Below the pieces are notes generated by a model that did no database searches, was not told the origin of the DNA, and saw only the letters and a program-made list of their open reading frames with translations. A DNA stretch of 64,000 nt from Candidatus Moraniibacteriota bacterium (GTDB lineage Bacteria > Patescibacteriota > Minisyncoccia > Moranbacterales > GCA-2747515): positions 1,089,734 to 1,153,733 of the forward strand of contig CP175956.1 in NCBI GenBank assembly GCA_046116545.1, given 5' to 3'. Below, piece by piece: positions 38,801 through 47,100 of the stretch. Both the position numbers and the translations under genes were made by a program. Numbering within the stretch: the first letter of the stretch is position 1; every line of letters starts with the position of its first letter.

Positions 38801-41176
38801 TGATCCTGCTAGTGGTTGGTCTCCTGCTTCGTTTATTGTTTTTACGTATTGGGGGGTGTATCTATGTAATATATCTCCTTGACCTAATTGACCGTAACCA
38901 TTGTACCCCCAGCACATCATTCTTCCATCTGTTTTCTTGACACAATAATGTGGACCCGTTGTAACTCCCGCAACCGCAAGATCTTGCACATCTTCCAATC
39001 CTGCAACTTGCAATGGCGTTGTTTGATCTGTTATCGTACCATTTCCTACCTGACCATATGCATTATACCCAAAACATGAAACTGTTCCATCTGTATGTAA
39101 TGCACAGGTTGTAGAATGCACATATCTATTTGTAGTATCATACGCAGAACCACCTGGTATAATCTTTGATACATTTGTAAGTCCTGAATCTACTGGAGAA
39201 ACTTGATTAGTTGTTGTTCCATCACCTAATTGACCATGGTTATTATATCCCCAACCTCTTACCGTACCATCTTGCAATGTTACAAATGTTGAGCCTCTTA
39301 TACCTCCAGTTGCTTTAATACTTGTAGCCGTTGTAATCCCTGATACCTGTGTAGGTGCATTTCTTTGTGTTGTATCACCTACTCCTAATTGACCATAACC
39401 ATTATATCCCCAACACCATACTGTTCCATCAGTCTTAATGGCACATTTATATCCTTGACCAGGATAACTCCCATCAATGACCATATCTGATACATTTGCA
39501 ATATTTATTTGGATTGGATTACTCCTATTTGTTGTGGTTCCATCACCTAATTGACCGTAACCATTGTAACCCCAACACCATACTGTTCCATCTATTTTCG
39601 CAGCACAAAATGATGCGTAAGCAGCATTACCACCGTAAATATTATTCACACCTGTTAGCACTTGTACTGGTGAAGTTGCATTTGTTGTTGTTCCATCTCC
39701 TACTTGTCCATAAGCATTGTATCCCCAACAACTAACATTTCCACTACTATCTATTGCACAAGCAGTTGTTGTCTCTTGCATCTGCATTCTTGCTGTAACT
39801 ATCGTCTCTACATTTTCAAGTGTACCTACTCTTACCGGAGTATGTCTCGTTGTAGTTGTTCCATCACCTATTTGCCCCTCATTATTACGTCCCCAAGCAT
39901 ATGCATGACCATTTTCTAATATTGCATAATTGATATTCTTTGTAGACACTACACTTTCTACATCTCCAGGTAACACAACTTCTTGAGGAAATAATTTATT
40001 TGCAATGTCTGCTCCTGTACCTAGCTGTCCGTCATCATCACGTCCCCAACATTGCACACCCTTATCCTCCATCACCACACATGTTGAATAATCTGTATAT
40101 TGACCTTCCCATAATTTCTCAACTTTATTTATAGTTGAAATATCCGCTCCATTATCAGTCAATGATAGCCAATTAGAACCATCATATCCTTCAAAATCAG
40201 CACCTGTCCAACGAATTGTGCCTGCGTTTGTATTTGTTGTATTCCCAATATTTAATGCTCCCGCTATAGTAAGAGATTCCAGCGTACTATTAGTACCTAT
40301 TCCTAATTGATTATTTATATCATCCCAAAAAAGTGCTGTATTATCATCCAATACTCCAGCAGCATTAGTAAATAAAATCGAACCTGATGTATAGCTTCCT
40401 ATAGTATCTGTTAATGATAGGAAATCTGATGCTCCACCACTTCCACCCGAAGTAAGTGAAAGCCAACTTGAACCATCATATCCTTCAAAATCAGTACCAG
40501 TCCACCTAATTGTTCCAGCATTTGAATTAACAGTATTTCCAAAATTGACACCACCGTTAACTGTTAATGTCTCCGTTGTCGTAGATGTACCTATCCCAAC
40601 TCTGTTATTTGCAGTATCTACAAATAAATCATTTGAATTAACTGCAAAATCACCACCAATCTCTAAGCTACCAACTTTTGTTTGATTTGTGGATCCTGTA
40701 TTTAAATAATAATCTTCAGTTTGTCCATTTAGCCTATGTGCATTTAACGCAAAGCCTGTAGGAGTCACCTTTCTTCTAGGAGTCATCTCTGGATTTGATC
40801 CTATTTTTACTCCCAAATAATAATTTTGAGAAAAATCAATATCAATCAGATTATCACCCACTTCTCCCAATATAGTATTGAATATCCCATTTGTTACTGT
40901 AATTGATTTTGCTGTTGGAGTTCCGCATGTTCCTCTACTAGTCCAAAGGCAATTTCCTCCTGTATCCGCATCATATATTGTTAATGTGAAATCATAATCT
41001 CCATCTGATACTGCTACGTTACTAGTATCTGTTAGTTTTCCATGATATGTTAATTCTTTATCTGGAGTCGCAATTACATTTATTGATGTAATTAAAATAA
41101 AAAACAACAAAAAGAAGCTTCCTAATGCATAATTTAATTTACTCATCGTATTTGAAAGTTTTTGTTTTACACCCAT
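32804..41176 (-). CDS. giant secreted/surface protein (2790 aa): N-terminal module shared with the 3250-aa paralog, three tandem RCC1-like propeller modules, a phage-tail-collar domain, and the shared C-terminal module
   Basis: A signal peptide is present. RCC1 repeats 'WGYNGYGQLGDGTTTNRSNPIQI' occur more than 20 times in three ~581-aa super-modules. The tail-collar signature is 'CPPGWLEADGAEASRTAYPDLYAVLGDMYGDGDGSSTFNVPDYRGRFLRGWDHG'. The C-terminal ~470 aa are ~80% identical to the 4735-14487 product and end '...MIKFDWFIVEGSE'. Confidence 0.85.
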   Translation of the reverse strand: MGVKQKLSNTMSKLNYALGSFFLLFFILITSINVIATPDKELTYHGKLTDTSNVAVSDGDYDFTLTIYDADTGGNCLWTSRGTCGTPTAKSITVTNGIFNTILGEVGDNLIDIDFSQNYYLGVKIGSNPEMTPRRKVTPTGFALNAHRLNGQTEDYYLNTGSTNQTKVGSLEIGGDFAVNSNDLFVDTANNRVGIGTSTTTETLTVNGGVNFGNTVNSNAGTIRWTGTDFEGYDGSSWLSLTSGGSGGASDFLSLTDTIGSYTSGSILFTNAAGVLDDNTALFWDDINNQLGIGTNSTLESLTIAGALNIGNTTNTNAGTIRWTGADFEGYDGSNWLSLTDNGADISTINKVEKLWEGQYTDYSTCVVMEDKGVQCWGRDDDGQLGTGADIANKLFPQEVVLPGDVESVVSTKNINYAILENGHAYAWGRNNEGQIGDGTTTTRHTPVRVGTLENVETIVTARMQMQETTTACAIDSSGNVSCWGYNAYGQVGDGTTTNATSPVQVLTGVNNIYGGNAAYASFCAAKIDGTVWCWGYNGYGQLGDGTTTNRSNPIQINIANVSDMVIDGSYPGQGYKCAIKTDGTVWCWGYNGYGQLGVGDTTQRNAPTQVSGITTATSIKATGGIRGSTFVTLQDGTVRGWGYNNHGQLGDGTTTNQVSPVDSGLTNVSKIIPGGSAYDTTNRYVHSTTCALHTDGTVSCFGYNAYGQVGNGTITDQTTPLQVAGLEDVQDLAVAGVTTGPHYCVKKTDGRMMCWGYNGYGQLGQGDILHRYTPQYVKTINEAGDQPLAGSGLWTANGSDIYYTSGNVGINTTTPNYELDINGTTQTNILQLADSGANSNLWTLREQVDNNFAISLNGTQTLTLTESGSLGLGTTNPTHKLSVVGGDIYTSGNILASNITTQCPIGEALRGFDANGDPVCISVGAAGGELAINKAEKIWKGQSNDGTSCVVMEDKTVQCWGHDDSGEVGTGVNAADKPFPEIVNLPGDVEEVITNKHSTYAILENGQVYGWGYNAQGELGDGTTTVRHIPVRIGTLEDITEIATSENLYQNHGTVCALNDVGAVYCWGYNGYGQVGNGTTTQQTSPVQIIAADVTGISGGGSQYSSFCATKTDGSVWCWGRNSQGQVGDGTIIDRNIPTQISLSNVSKIVAQGGYGEDGHKCAIKNDGTVWCWGDNGNGALGVGDTADRHVPTQMLGITNAVDIAVGGDNGASTHVVLQDGTVRSTGYNGGGQLGIGTTTNSSTPVDAGLTDVSKVVIAGGYSLYGTVCALHNSGEVSCWGYNGNGQVGNGTTVNPQTTPSLVEGVEYAKDIAMGGFAGPTHACVTLIDGRMKCWGDNTYGQLGNGTETMRTTPQYVKTVNETYDDNPVVGGGLWTANGSDIYYTSGNVGINTTTPNYELDINGTTQTNILQLADSGANSNLWTLREQVDNNFAISLNGTQTLTLTESGSLGLGTTNPTHKLSVVGGDIYTSGNILASNITTQCPIGEALRGFDANGDPVCISVGAAGGETTINQVEKLWEGNSNAGISCAIMEDKKVQCWGRDVNGELGDDSMISNKYLPVEVVLPENVSSISTNRQITYAILENGHLYAWGYNGHGALGDGTTTQRPTPVRVGALENISKIATSRNLHNVAASACALDTSGNVYCWGYNASGQVGNGNTTQQTSPVQIITGNVADISGGGGNTASYCAQFNDGSVQCWGANAQGELGDGTTTARNTPTPITINNVSKMVAQGDYTGQVHRCAIKNDNTVWCWGNNDDGALGLGDTTNRTAPSQVLGITNAFDIAIGGDNGNVTFVVLQDGTVRSWGHNGRGQLGIGTTTNSNSPVDPGLTDVKDIIIAGGYNLYGTVCALHNSGEVSCWGYNANGQVGNGNTTDQYSPVKVSNIDSATQIAMGGYGGLTHTCVKTTGGRVQCWGYNGQGQLGNSTATNAYSPQYVKTINEAGDQPTTGLGMWTQNGSDIYYTSGNVGIGTNTPQEALDVDGAIRLGSTTNTIAGNIRWTGTDFEGYNGTQWKSFTSPDLSFLDLTDTPSSYIAGSIPYTNSIGNAIVAGTNLMFDGTNLDIEGSIRIGSDFDACDSSKEGSMRYNTTQMAMEFCNGTVWGALSTGSGGGGIIIGSTTSDYLTADDLNGGITQHRVQSDVGIMTLIDISNESGYLVSGHIEGASISEVTIEIDGVLQSLDVGLFEDEVGDDNTFINLPHIKYESSLRVVFTAAGAGDVVAGVAITKKDIGSHGTTDSLSAGTVNAYATEVCPPGWLEADGAEASRTAYPDLYAVLGDMYGDGDGSSTFNVPDYRGRFLRGWDHGAGLDPDAASRGDRGDGTTGDAVGTTQDDEFASHDHDFQLHDAENDAAGTTTGYKKEGVYNWKPTMTTQATGGSETRPTNVNVLYCVNTENPDGDTLWTENFEGIYYDGGNMAIGSENYGTDANNLLTISSSVAPTASITDGIQLFAVEDAGSHELRVRDEAGNVTTLSPHNFSDIPAGASEDMAWAYRSERDEKIINVDMTKAMRFIEKLTGEKLVYITDKNTGVEIPQIDSLNILDLPTPDKMQEIDTSIKSLTLKTDTNIVDLQSSTDDQFETSYNTINQVGDDVLELRDEANTLTQQVIPEINSRIDDLQASLSILTNIDTRVLALDVDKLIFVENGVLTQSTVDGDGNEIIADVIDLTLEGLLSVKKLVAQEIEINKLTVESQEDDSIVGKSVICPEDTSYDEADDDCVVDLESESDGQSIFVATEAVTNNSHIFVTPHGDVEQLVSVSEIQDGVGFIVKVKDAITNMIKFDWFIVEGSE
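36660..37050 (-). repeat. 391-bp 100%-identical direct repeat, copy 2 (the linker between RCC1 modules 2 and 3)
   Basis: Identical by eye to 38403-38793 (offset 1743 bp = 581 codons). It encodes 'GGLWTANGSDIYYTSGNVGINTTTPNYELDING...CISVGAAGGE' in both copies. Confidence 0.9.
38403..38793 (-). repeat. 391-bp 100%-identical direct repeat, copy 1 (the linker between RCC1 modules 1 and 2)
   Basis: See copy 2. Flanks diverge immediately outside: 'tgcacc' vs 'agctcc' on one side, 'cacagtcc' vs 'cacaatcc' on the other. Confidence 0.9.
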
Positions 41177-41247
41177 TTTTTTTTATAATTTTTGATACAA
41201 TTATTATATCACATATACTGCAATACATCCTAATTTTTATATTTATT

Positions 41248-42423
41248 CTAGTTCATACATTGTTCATACACATTTAAAGTCTCTTTTGCTGTTTTATTCC
41301 AGTTAAAATCTCTTGCTCTAACTAAACCCTTCTCTTTAAAATCATTTCTTAAATTTTCATTATCTGCAAATTTTATCATCGCACTAGCTATCTCTTTTGT
41401 ATCTACAGGATTTACAAGTATAGCTGATTCATCTGAAATTTCAGGTGCTGATCCAAAATTTGTTACTATTGCTGGGGTCCCTGTTGCGAATGCCTCTAAT
41501 ATTGTAGTTCCAAATCCTTCATATAATGAAGGTAATACAAAAAACTCTGCATTTTTAAATAATGGAACAAGCTCATCTCCTATAATATAACCACTAAATT
41601 TCACATCTTTTGTTAATTGTAAATCTTTTGAAATATATTTAATATCATTAGAAAGCCATCCCGGCTTACCTGCTATGAGCATTTGATAATCACATCTTTC
41701 TCTTCTACTCTTTTTCATTCTATCTTCCTTAAATAACGAAAAAGCATGTAACAATCTTGTTACATTTTTTGATGGCTCCACAGTCCCAAGGAATAAAATA
41801 TACTTTTTTGTAATTCCAAACTTCTTTGGAACTATTTTACAATTTACCGGGCAGTCTTCATAAAACCTATCATCCAAGCCTGAATAAATAACTTCTGTCT
41901 TATCAGCTGTTGTCTTAAATAGTTCTTTTGCATCGTTTTTTATTGATTCGGATACAGCTATAACTCTATCCGCCTTTTTCAACATAAATTTCTTCACAAT
42001 ACGAGATCTTATAACTTCTGATTTTTTATAACTTTCTGGCATCTTATAAATACCTAAGTCATGTAATGTCACAATAACTTTACCTCTATATGTTGAAGGA
42101 ATCCGAGTTTCTGTAGAAGTAACATGTAACACATCTAGATTTTCTCTAGACAATACAGCTGAACCTAAAAGCTCATTATATGCAAATGGCATATACTTTT
42201 TGTAATCAGAAAAAGGATAAAATACTATTTTTGTATTTTTTCTAGTAAACTTCCGCACGTCCTTTTGCCGAACTCTAGAATCAAAAAATAGTACATACTC
42301 ATTTTCCTCATCAATCTCCAAAAGGTGTTTTATCAATTGATATGTATAATGTCCAACACCTATTGCTTCACCTTTTGCAGGATTTAAAATTGTCCTTGCA
42401 TCTATTCCTATTTTCATAACCAA
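41248..42423 (-). CDS. family 4 glycosyltransferase (GT4, group 1)
   Basis: 391 aa. The C-terminal half carries the GT-B 'E-x7-E'-type region 'LPSLYEGFGTTILEAFATGTPAIVTNFGSAPEI'. Confidence 0.8.
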   Translation of the reverse strand: MVMKIGIDARTILNPAKGEAIGVGHYTYQLIKHLLEIDEENEYVLFFDSRVRQKDVRKFTRKNTKIVFYPFSDYKKYMPFAYNELLGSAVLSRENLDVLHVTSTETRIPSTYRGKVIVTLHDLGIYKMPESYKKSEVIRSRIVKKFMLKKADRVIAVSESIKNDAKELFKTTADKTEVIYSGLDDRFYEDCPVNCKIVPKKFGITKKYILFLGTVEPSKNVTRLLHAFSLFKEDRMKKSRRERCDYQMLIAGKPGWLSNDIKYISKDLQLTKDVKFSGYIIGDELVPLFKNAEFFVLPSLYEGFGTTILEAFATGTPAIVTNFGSAPEISDESAILVNPVDTKEIASAMIKFADNENLRNDFKEKGLVRARDFNWNKTAKETLNVYEQCMN

Positions 42424-42428
42424 TTTGA

Positions 42429-44060
42429 TTACATATTATCTGGAGCACTTACTCCTATTGTATTTAATGTTTCTGCTATTACAATTTTAGTTGCTTTCAC
42501 CAACTTCAACCTTGCTAATGATAATGATTTATTATCCTCGTCAATAACCTTGCATTCAGTATAAAATGAATGAAACTTCTCCGCTAATCTAATCGCGTAA
42601 TGTGGTAATTGATGTATGTGATATGTATTTGCAATATCCTCAATCATCTCAGAAAAAACTTCTAATTCTCTCATTAATTCTTTTTCCTTTTTATGTGTCA
42701 ATTCATTTATTGAACATTTTTCTATATCTTCATTCGTAAAAGATGAATTTAGACCTTTTTCTAAAATACCTGCAAGTCTTGCGTGAGCATATTGAACATA
42801 ATACACTGGATTCTTACTAGACTTTTCTTTTGCTAATTCTAAATCAAAATCCATGTGTGAATCAGATGATTGCATCAAAAAGAAAAACCTAGCAACATCA
42901 TGACCAACTTCTTCAATTAATTCATCAATGTAAATAACATTTCCAGCTCGTTTACTCATGCGTACTTCTTTTCCATCTTTCATAAGCCTTACCAGCTGTA
43001 CAATAATGAATTTTATTTCACCCTCAAATCCTAATGCTCTAGCAGCAGCCTCAAACCTCACAATATATCCGTGATGATCTGCTCCCCACACCTCAATTAT
43101 ATGATTAAAGCCTCTGTCCATTTTATTCAAAATATATCCACAATCACTTGCAAAATATGTTTTTACTCCATCACCCTTTATTAAAACTCTATCCTTATCA
43201 TCACCAAATTTTGTAGTTTTCAACCAAATTGCACCTTCACTCTCAAATACCAATTCTTTTTGTTTTAATTTATCAATCGCTTTTTCCACATAATCAGTTT
43301 CCACAATATCCCTTTTTTCAGAAATCCATGAATCAAAGTCTATATGCATCAAATCAGATGTCATTGTCTTTAAATATGTTTCCACGATAATATCTGCAGC
43401 CCATTGTCCAACCTCCATGGCATCCTTTTTATCACTTATATCTGACTCTTCTATTTGACCATTTAGCTTATCTATATAATCACCAGCATATACAGCATGT
43501 TCATCTTTAAGAACACTATGACCTAATGTTATCACCTGTTCACCTGCATCATTAATATAATACTCACTTGTTACATCAGCTCCATTTTTTTTCAAGACAT
43601 TTCCCATAGCATCACCCAAAAAACCACCTCTACCATTCCCTAAATGTATTGGTCCTGTAGGATTTGCTGATATAAACTCATTATTTATCTTAAAATTCTT
43701 TTTTGAATTATTACTACCATAACTATTACCTTCTTTTATTATATTTTCAACAACATCTTGTAAGTGTTTATATGTCACACTTATATTTATAAATCCTGGA
43801 GCAGCAACTGCACAATTATCGATTTTATCACCGCTAAGTACTTCCATGATATCTGCTAATTCATTCGCAATTTCAATTGGTGCTTTTTTTAATTCTTTTG
43901 ACAATTGAAATGCAACATTAGTCATCCAATCACCATGTGTAAAATCCTTTGGTCTTTCAACTATAATTTCAGGTATATCAAAGCCACTCCAAATATTATC
44001 CTTTTGGAGTTTTTTTATAGACTTTTCAATTAATTCTTCAATTATTTTTTTCATAAACAT
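42429..44060 (-). CDS. argS: arginine--tRNA ligase
   Basis: 543 aa. Class I HIGH-like 'PTGPIHLGNGRGG', KMSK 'RMSKRAGN', and a C-terminal DALR anticodon-binding region. Confidence 0.9.
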   Translation of the reverse strand: MFMKKIIEELIEKSIKKLQKDNIWSGFDIPEIIVERPKDFTHGDWMTNVAFQLSKELKKAPIEIANELADIMEVLSGDKIDNCAVAAPGFINISVTYKHLQDVVENIIKEGNSYGSNNSKKNFKINNEFISANPTGPIHLGNGRGGFLGDAMGNVLKKNGADVTSEYYINDAGEQVITLGHSVLKDEHAVYAGDYIDKLNGQIEESDISDKKDAMEVGQWAADIIVETYLKTMTSDLMHIDFDSWISEKRDIVETDYVEKAIDKLKQKELVFESEGAIWLKTTKFGDDKDRVLIKGDGVKTYFASDCGYILNKMDRGFNHIIEVWGADHHGYIVRFEAAARALGFEGEIKFIIVQLVRLMKDGKEVRMSKRAGNVIYIDELIEEVGHDVARFFFLMQSSDSHMDFDLELAKEKSSKNPVYYVQYAHARLAGILEKGLNSSFTNEDIEKCSINELTHKKEKELMRELEVFSEMIEDIANTYHIHQLPHYAIRLAEKFHSFYTECKVIDEDNKSLSLARLKLVKATKIVIAETLNTIGVSAPDNM

Positions 44061-44117
44061 ACCTTATAATACCCTCACTCTACCACGCAATCACCAAAAA
44101 ATAAAGGTCATGCTACA

Positions 44118-44158
44118 AAAAAATAGAGCACTCTTATAGAGCACTCTATTTTTTTGTA
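44118..44158 (-). terminator. putative terminator downstream of the 1878-aa gene (imperfect long hairpin with flanking A/T runs)
   Basis: AAAAAAATAGAGCACTCT-TAT-AGAGCACTCTATTTTTTT gives a 12-bp outer stem, a 2x2 mismatch, and a 4-bp inner stem. It also contains the direct repeat ATAGAGCACTCT twice. Confidence 0.45.
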
Positions 44159-44184
44159 TTGATGTTTAAACTTTAATATCCTCC

Positions 44185-47100
44185 CTAGGCAAGACCTTTC
44201 CTAACATTGATATTACCTTGTTTTTCAAAAGGTTGTCCTGATATTGGTTGTCCTTTTACTTTCATATTGTAATCTCCATTTTCTGCTAGAAGATAATATC
44301 TTCCTATTGCATCTGTTACAGCGAATCCTGTTTTTTGATTTGTTTCTTTGTTATGGAGTGATACTACTGCAAAAGGTACTGGGTTTTTATCATGTTTTGT
44401 TACTGTTCCATATTTCTTTTGTTTTATGAAGTTATCATAAATGAACAGTGCCATATATAGAGATAGGAATATGTAATTTAGAGTTGATGGGTACAGGTAA
44501 GTTATTGCTGCTGTAGCTATAAATCCTACGTAAAAAAGAATTATGAAGCTCCATTTCTTTATTGCTGAGAAAGTTCCTGTATAGCTTTTTACTTTTTTAT
44601 CTGCATATTCATTCCAGTTTATATTCAGGGCATTCATTGCAATATTTGTTGCTAGAACTTTGTTTTCTTCTATTGTTAATGCTTCTCCTGTATATACATC
44701 TCCGTATAGTGAATCATGGTTATGAGTTAGGTCTTCTTCATATTTTGGTTTTTCTGGATGTATCAGATATGTTCCATTTGTTGTTAAGAATCCAAATCTT
44801 CCATGTTGATCTGAGTATGTTGTTTCTATTTCAAAGCCCTCTATATCAGTTAGAACTAGTTTTACTCCAGGCAATGGTTGTTTTGTTGTTTGTTCAAACA
44901 CTGTTCCCCAGTTTTGTTCATTTTTTCTTCTAGCTAATATTCCTAAGAAAGGCATTATGAATATATCTGTTGCTGCCATTGGGATTGTTGTGAATAGAGG
45001 GATTGTTGTTGAAGCTAGAGCTATTAGTGTTCCTGTTGTTAATCCTACTACTGCAGCTGCTTGATATTGTTTTTCTTTTTGTTGTTCCTTTGTTGGTTCT
45101 TGTACAGGAGGATCTGTTACTTCTTGTGCTGGTGGTTCAGGATCACTTCCTCCTTGTACTACTGGAGGAGTTACTATTTCTTTTTCTTCTCTACTAGCGC
45201 TACATGTTATTTCTTCATCATCATTTGTACATGTCCATGAAGATGATTCTCCTTGATTTGGAAATTCTGGTATATTTAATACTTCTCCTGTTTGACAGAA
45301 GTCTCCTGTGAATTCTGATTCATCTTCTGTATATGTTTTACTTGATTCTCCACATTCTGGATTTACTATTTCTTTTGTAGGTCCTAGAGTTGTTTTTTCT
45401 GTTGTTGCTGTTTTAGAATGTGGACAGTATTCGTAGCTATCATCTTCTTGATATGATACTTTGAACCTATATTGGGTATCTTCTTCTAGGTTATCTATCT
45501 CTAGAGTTACTCTTCCACTATCAGATGGTTTATCCGTTAGTTTTATTGTTTCTTTTTCATTTGTATATAGATTCTCTACTTCTACTTTGAATTTTATTTT
45601 CTCATCTGCGTATTCTTCATCTACTTCTACTCTTAGAGTTACTGAATCTTTTGTTATTTCTTTTATATTGTCGGTTTTGCATTCTTTTTCTTCTTCTGGA
45701 TCCTCTGGGTCTATTGGTGGGGTTACTGGAGAATCACATGATGGGTCTGGTTTTGTTTTGTATGTGAAGTCTGATCCTGTGTTGTCAGGAACTTGAGTCT
45801 CTGTTGTTAATACTGAAATCTCATTAACTTGTGCATCAATCGAAGTTGCAATATTTGGAATTCTTTCTATTTTTAATACTTCCAATATTGTACCATTAGC
45901 AGTTTGAAATCGTACTGAGCCTAAATTTCTATCCATACCTGTTAAATCTATCTCCCCACCTGTAGAACTAATAACTTGTGTTTGCCACATTTCAAGATTT
46001 GTTCCTGCTGCATTCCATTGCCAAATTATCACATTTACATCATCACCATCATGATTTAACTCAAATCGCAATTTATCAGATGCTGTTATTACATCAGGAG
46101 TTATTAATTCTAAACTAAATTCATATGTTTTTTGTCCAATATATTTAACTCCATCCCATGTACCGTTAAGTGGGCTTGCACCAGCTCCTGCTGGATGAAA
46201 TGCATTCCAATGTGATATATCTGTAATGTCAGTCCAACTTGGCAAAACTATATCATGATTAAATACGTATTTTATATATCTTCCAAACTCATCAATATCA
46301 ATTGATTCCTCCCATGAATCAGGTGTATTGATATCCCAATCTGAAATTAATGCACTACCCATGTTATTTACATCATCTGAAATATATATATCTATTTTAG
46401 GCAAATCATCACTACTACTGTCTATATATGCACGCATTTTTTGAATTTGTTTTGACTCACTCATATCATATATTGCATAGGCAGCCTCAGTGTCATAAGT
46501 ATATACATCACCTGTTACCACATCATTATTAATGGTATTATCTGCACTTGGCCAATTTGTACTGACCTCATATACTGATTGTGGTTGACTCCATTCTGTA
46601 GTTACTTGTTCTTCATCAATCATTTTTATATCAGTAACATTACAGTCTTTTTTATCTGAATCTGGCATTAGCACATACTCCCATGTAACTTGATTATTAT
46701 TTGAATACAAAAATGAAGTTGTGTCTGAATGTGTACTTTCTTCTGAACCTACTTCATAACACTCACACTCTAGAATTGTTTTAATAACTGTATTATCACC
46801 TGGTGTTGGTGGCATTATACTTTGAGACTCATATTCAACACGAACACCATCCAGCACTGGCACTGAACCTTTGTATAAAATTGCTTTCCATCTTAGATTA
46901 TCGCCTTTTATATCAAAAATTAATTCTTCACCACTATTAACTTGTATCCATGTAGCACCTCCATCAATTGAAAGATAATATTCTATCCTTGATTCTCCTT
47001 CTAATTCTTCATCCGCTATTAGAGTTGCTTTTATTATATCTGCAATACTTCCATTTATTTTATCTGACTGCACTACTGCTGGAGATATAATCTCTGTTGG

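Noticed and set aside
44125-44150. The direct repeat ATAGAGCACTCT x2 as a possible protein-binding iteron
   Set aside because: Together with the flanking A7 and T7 runs it folds as an imperfect terminator-type hairpin right after the 1878-aa gene stop. The terminator interpretation is simpler.
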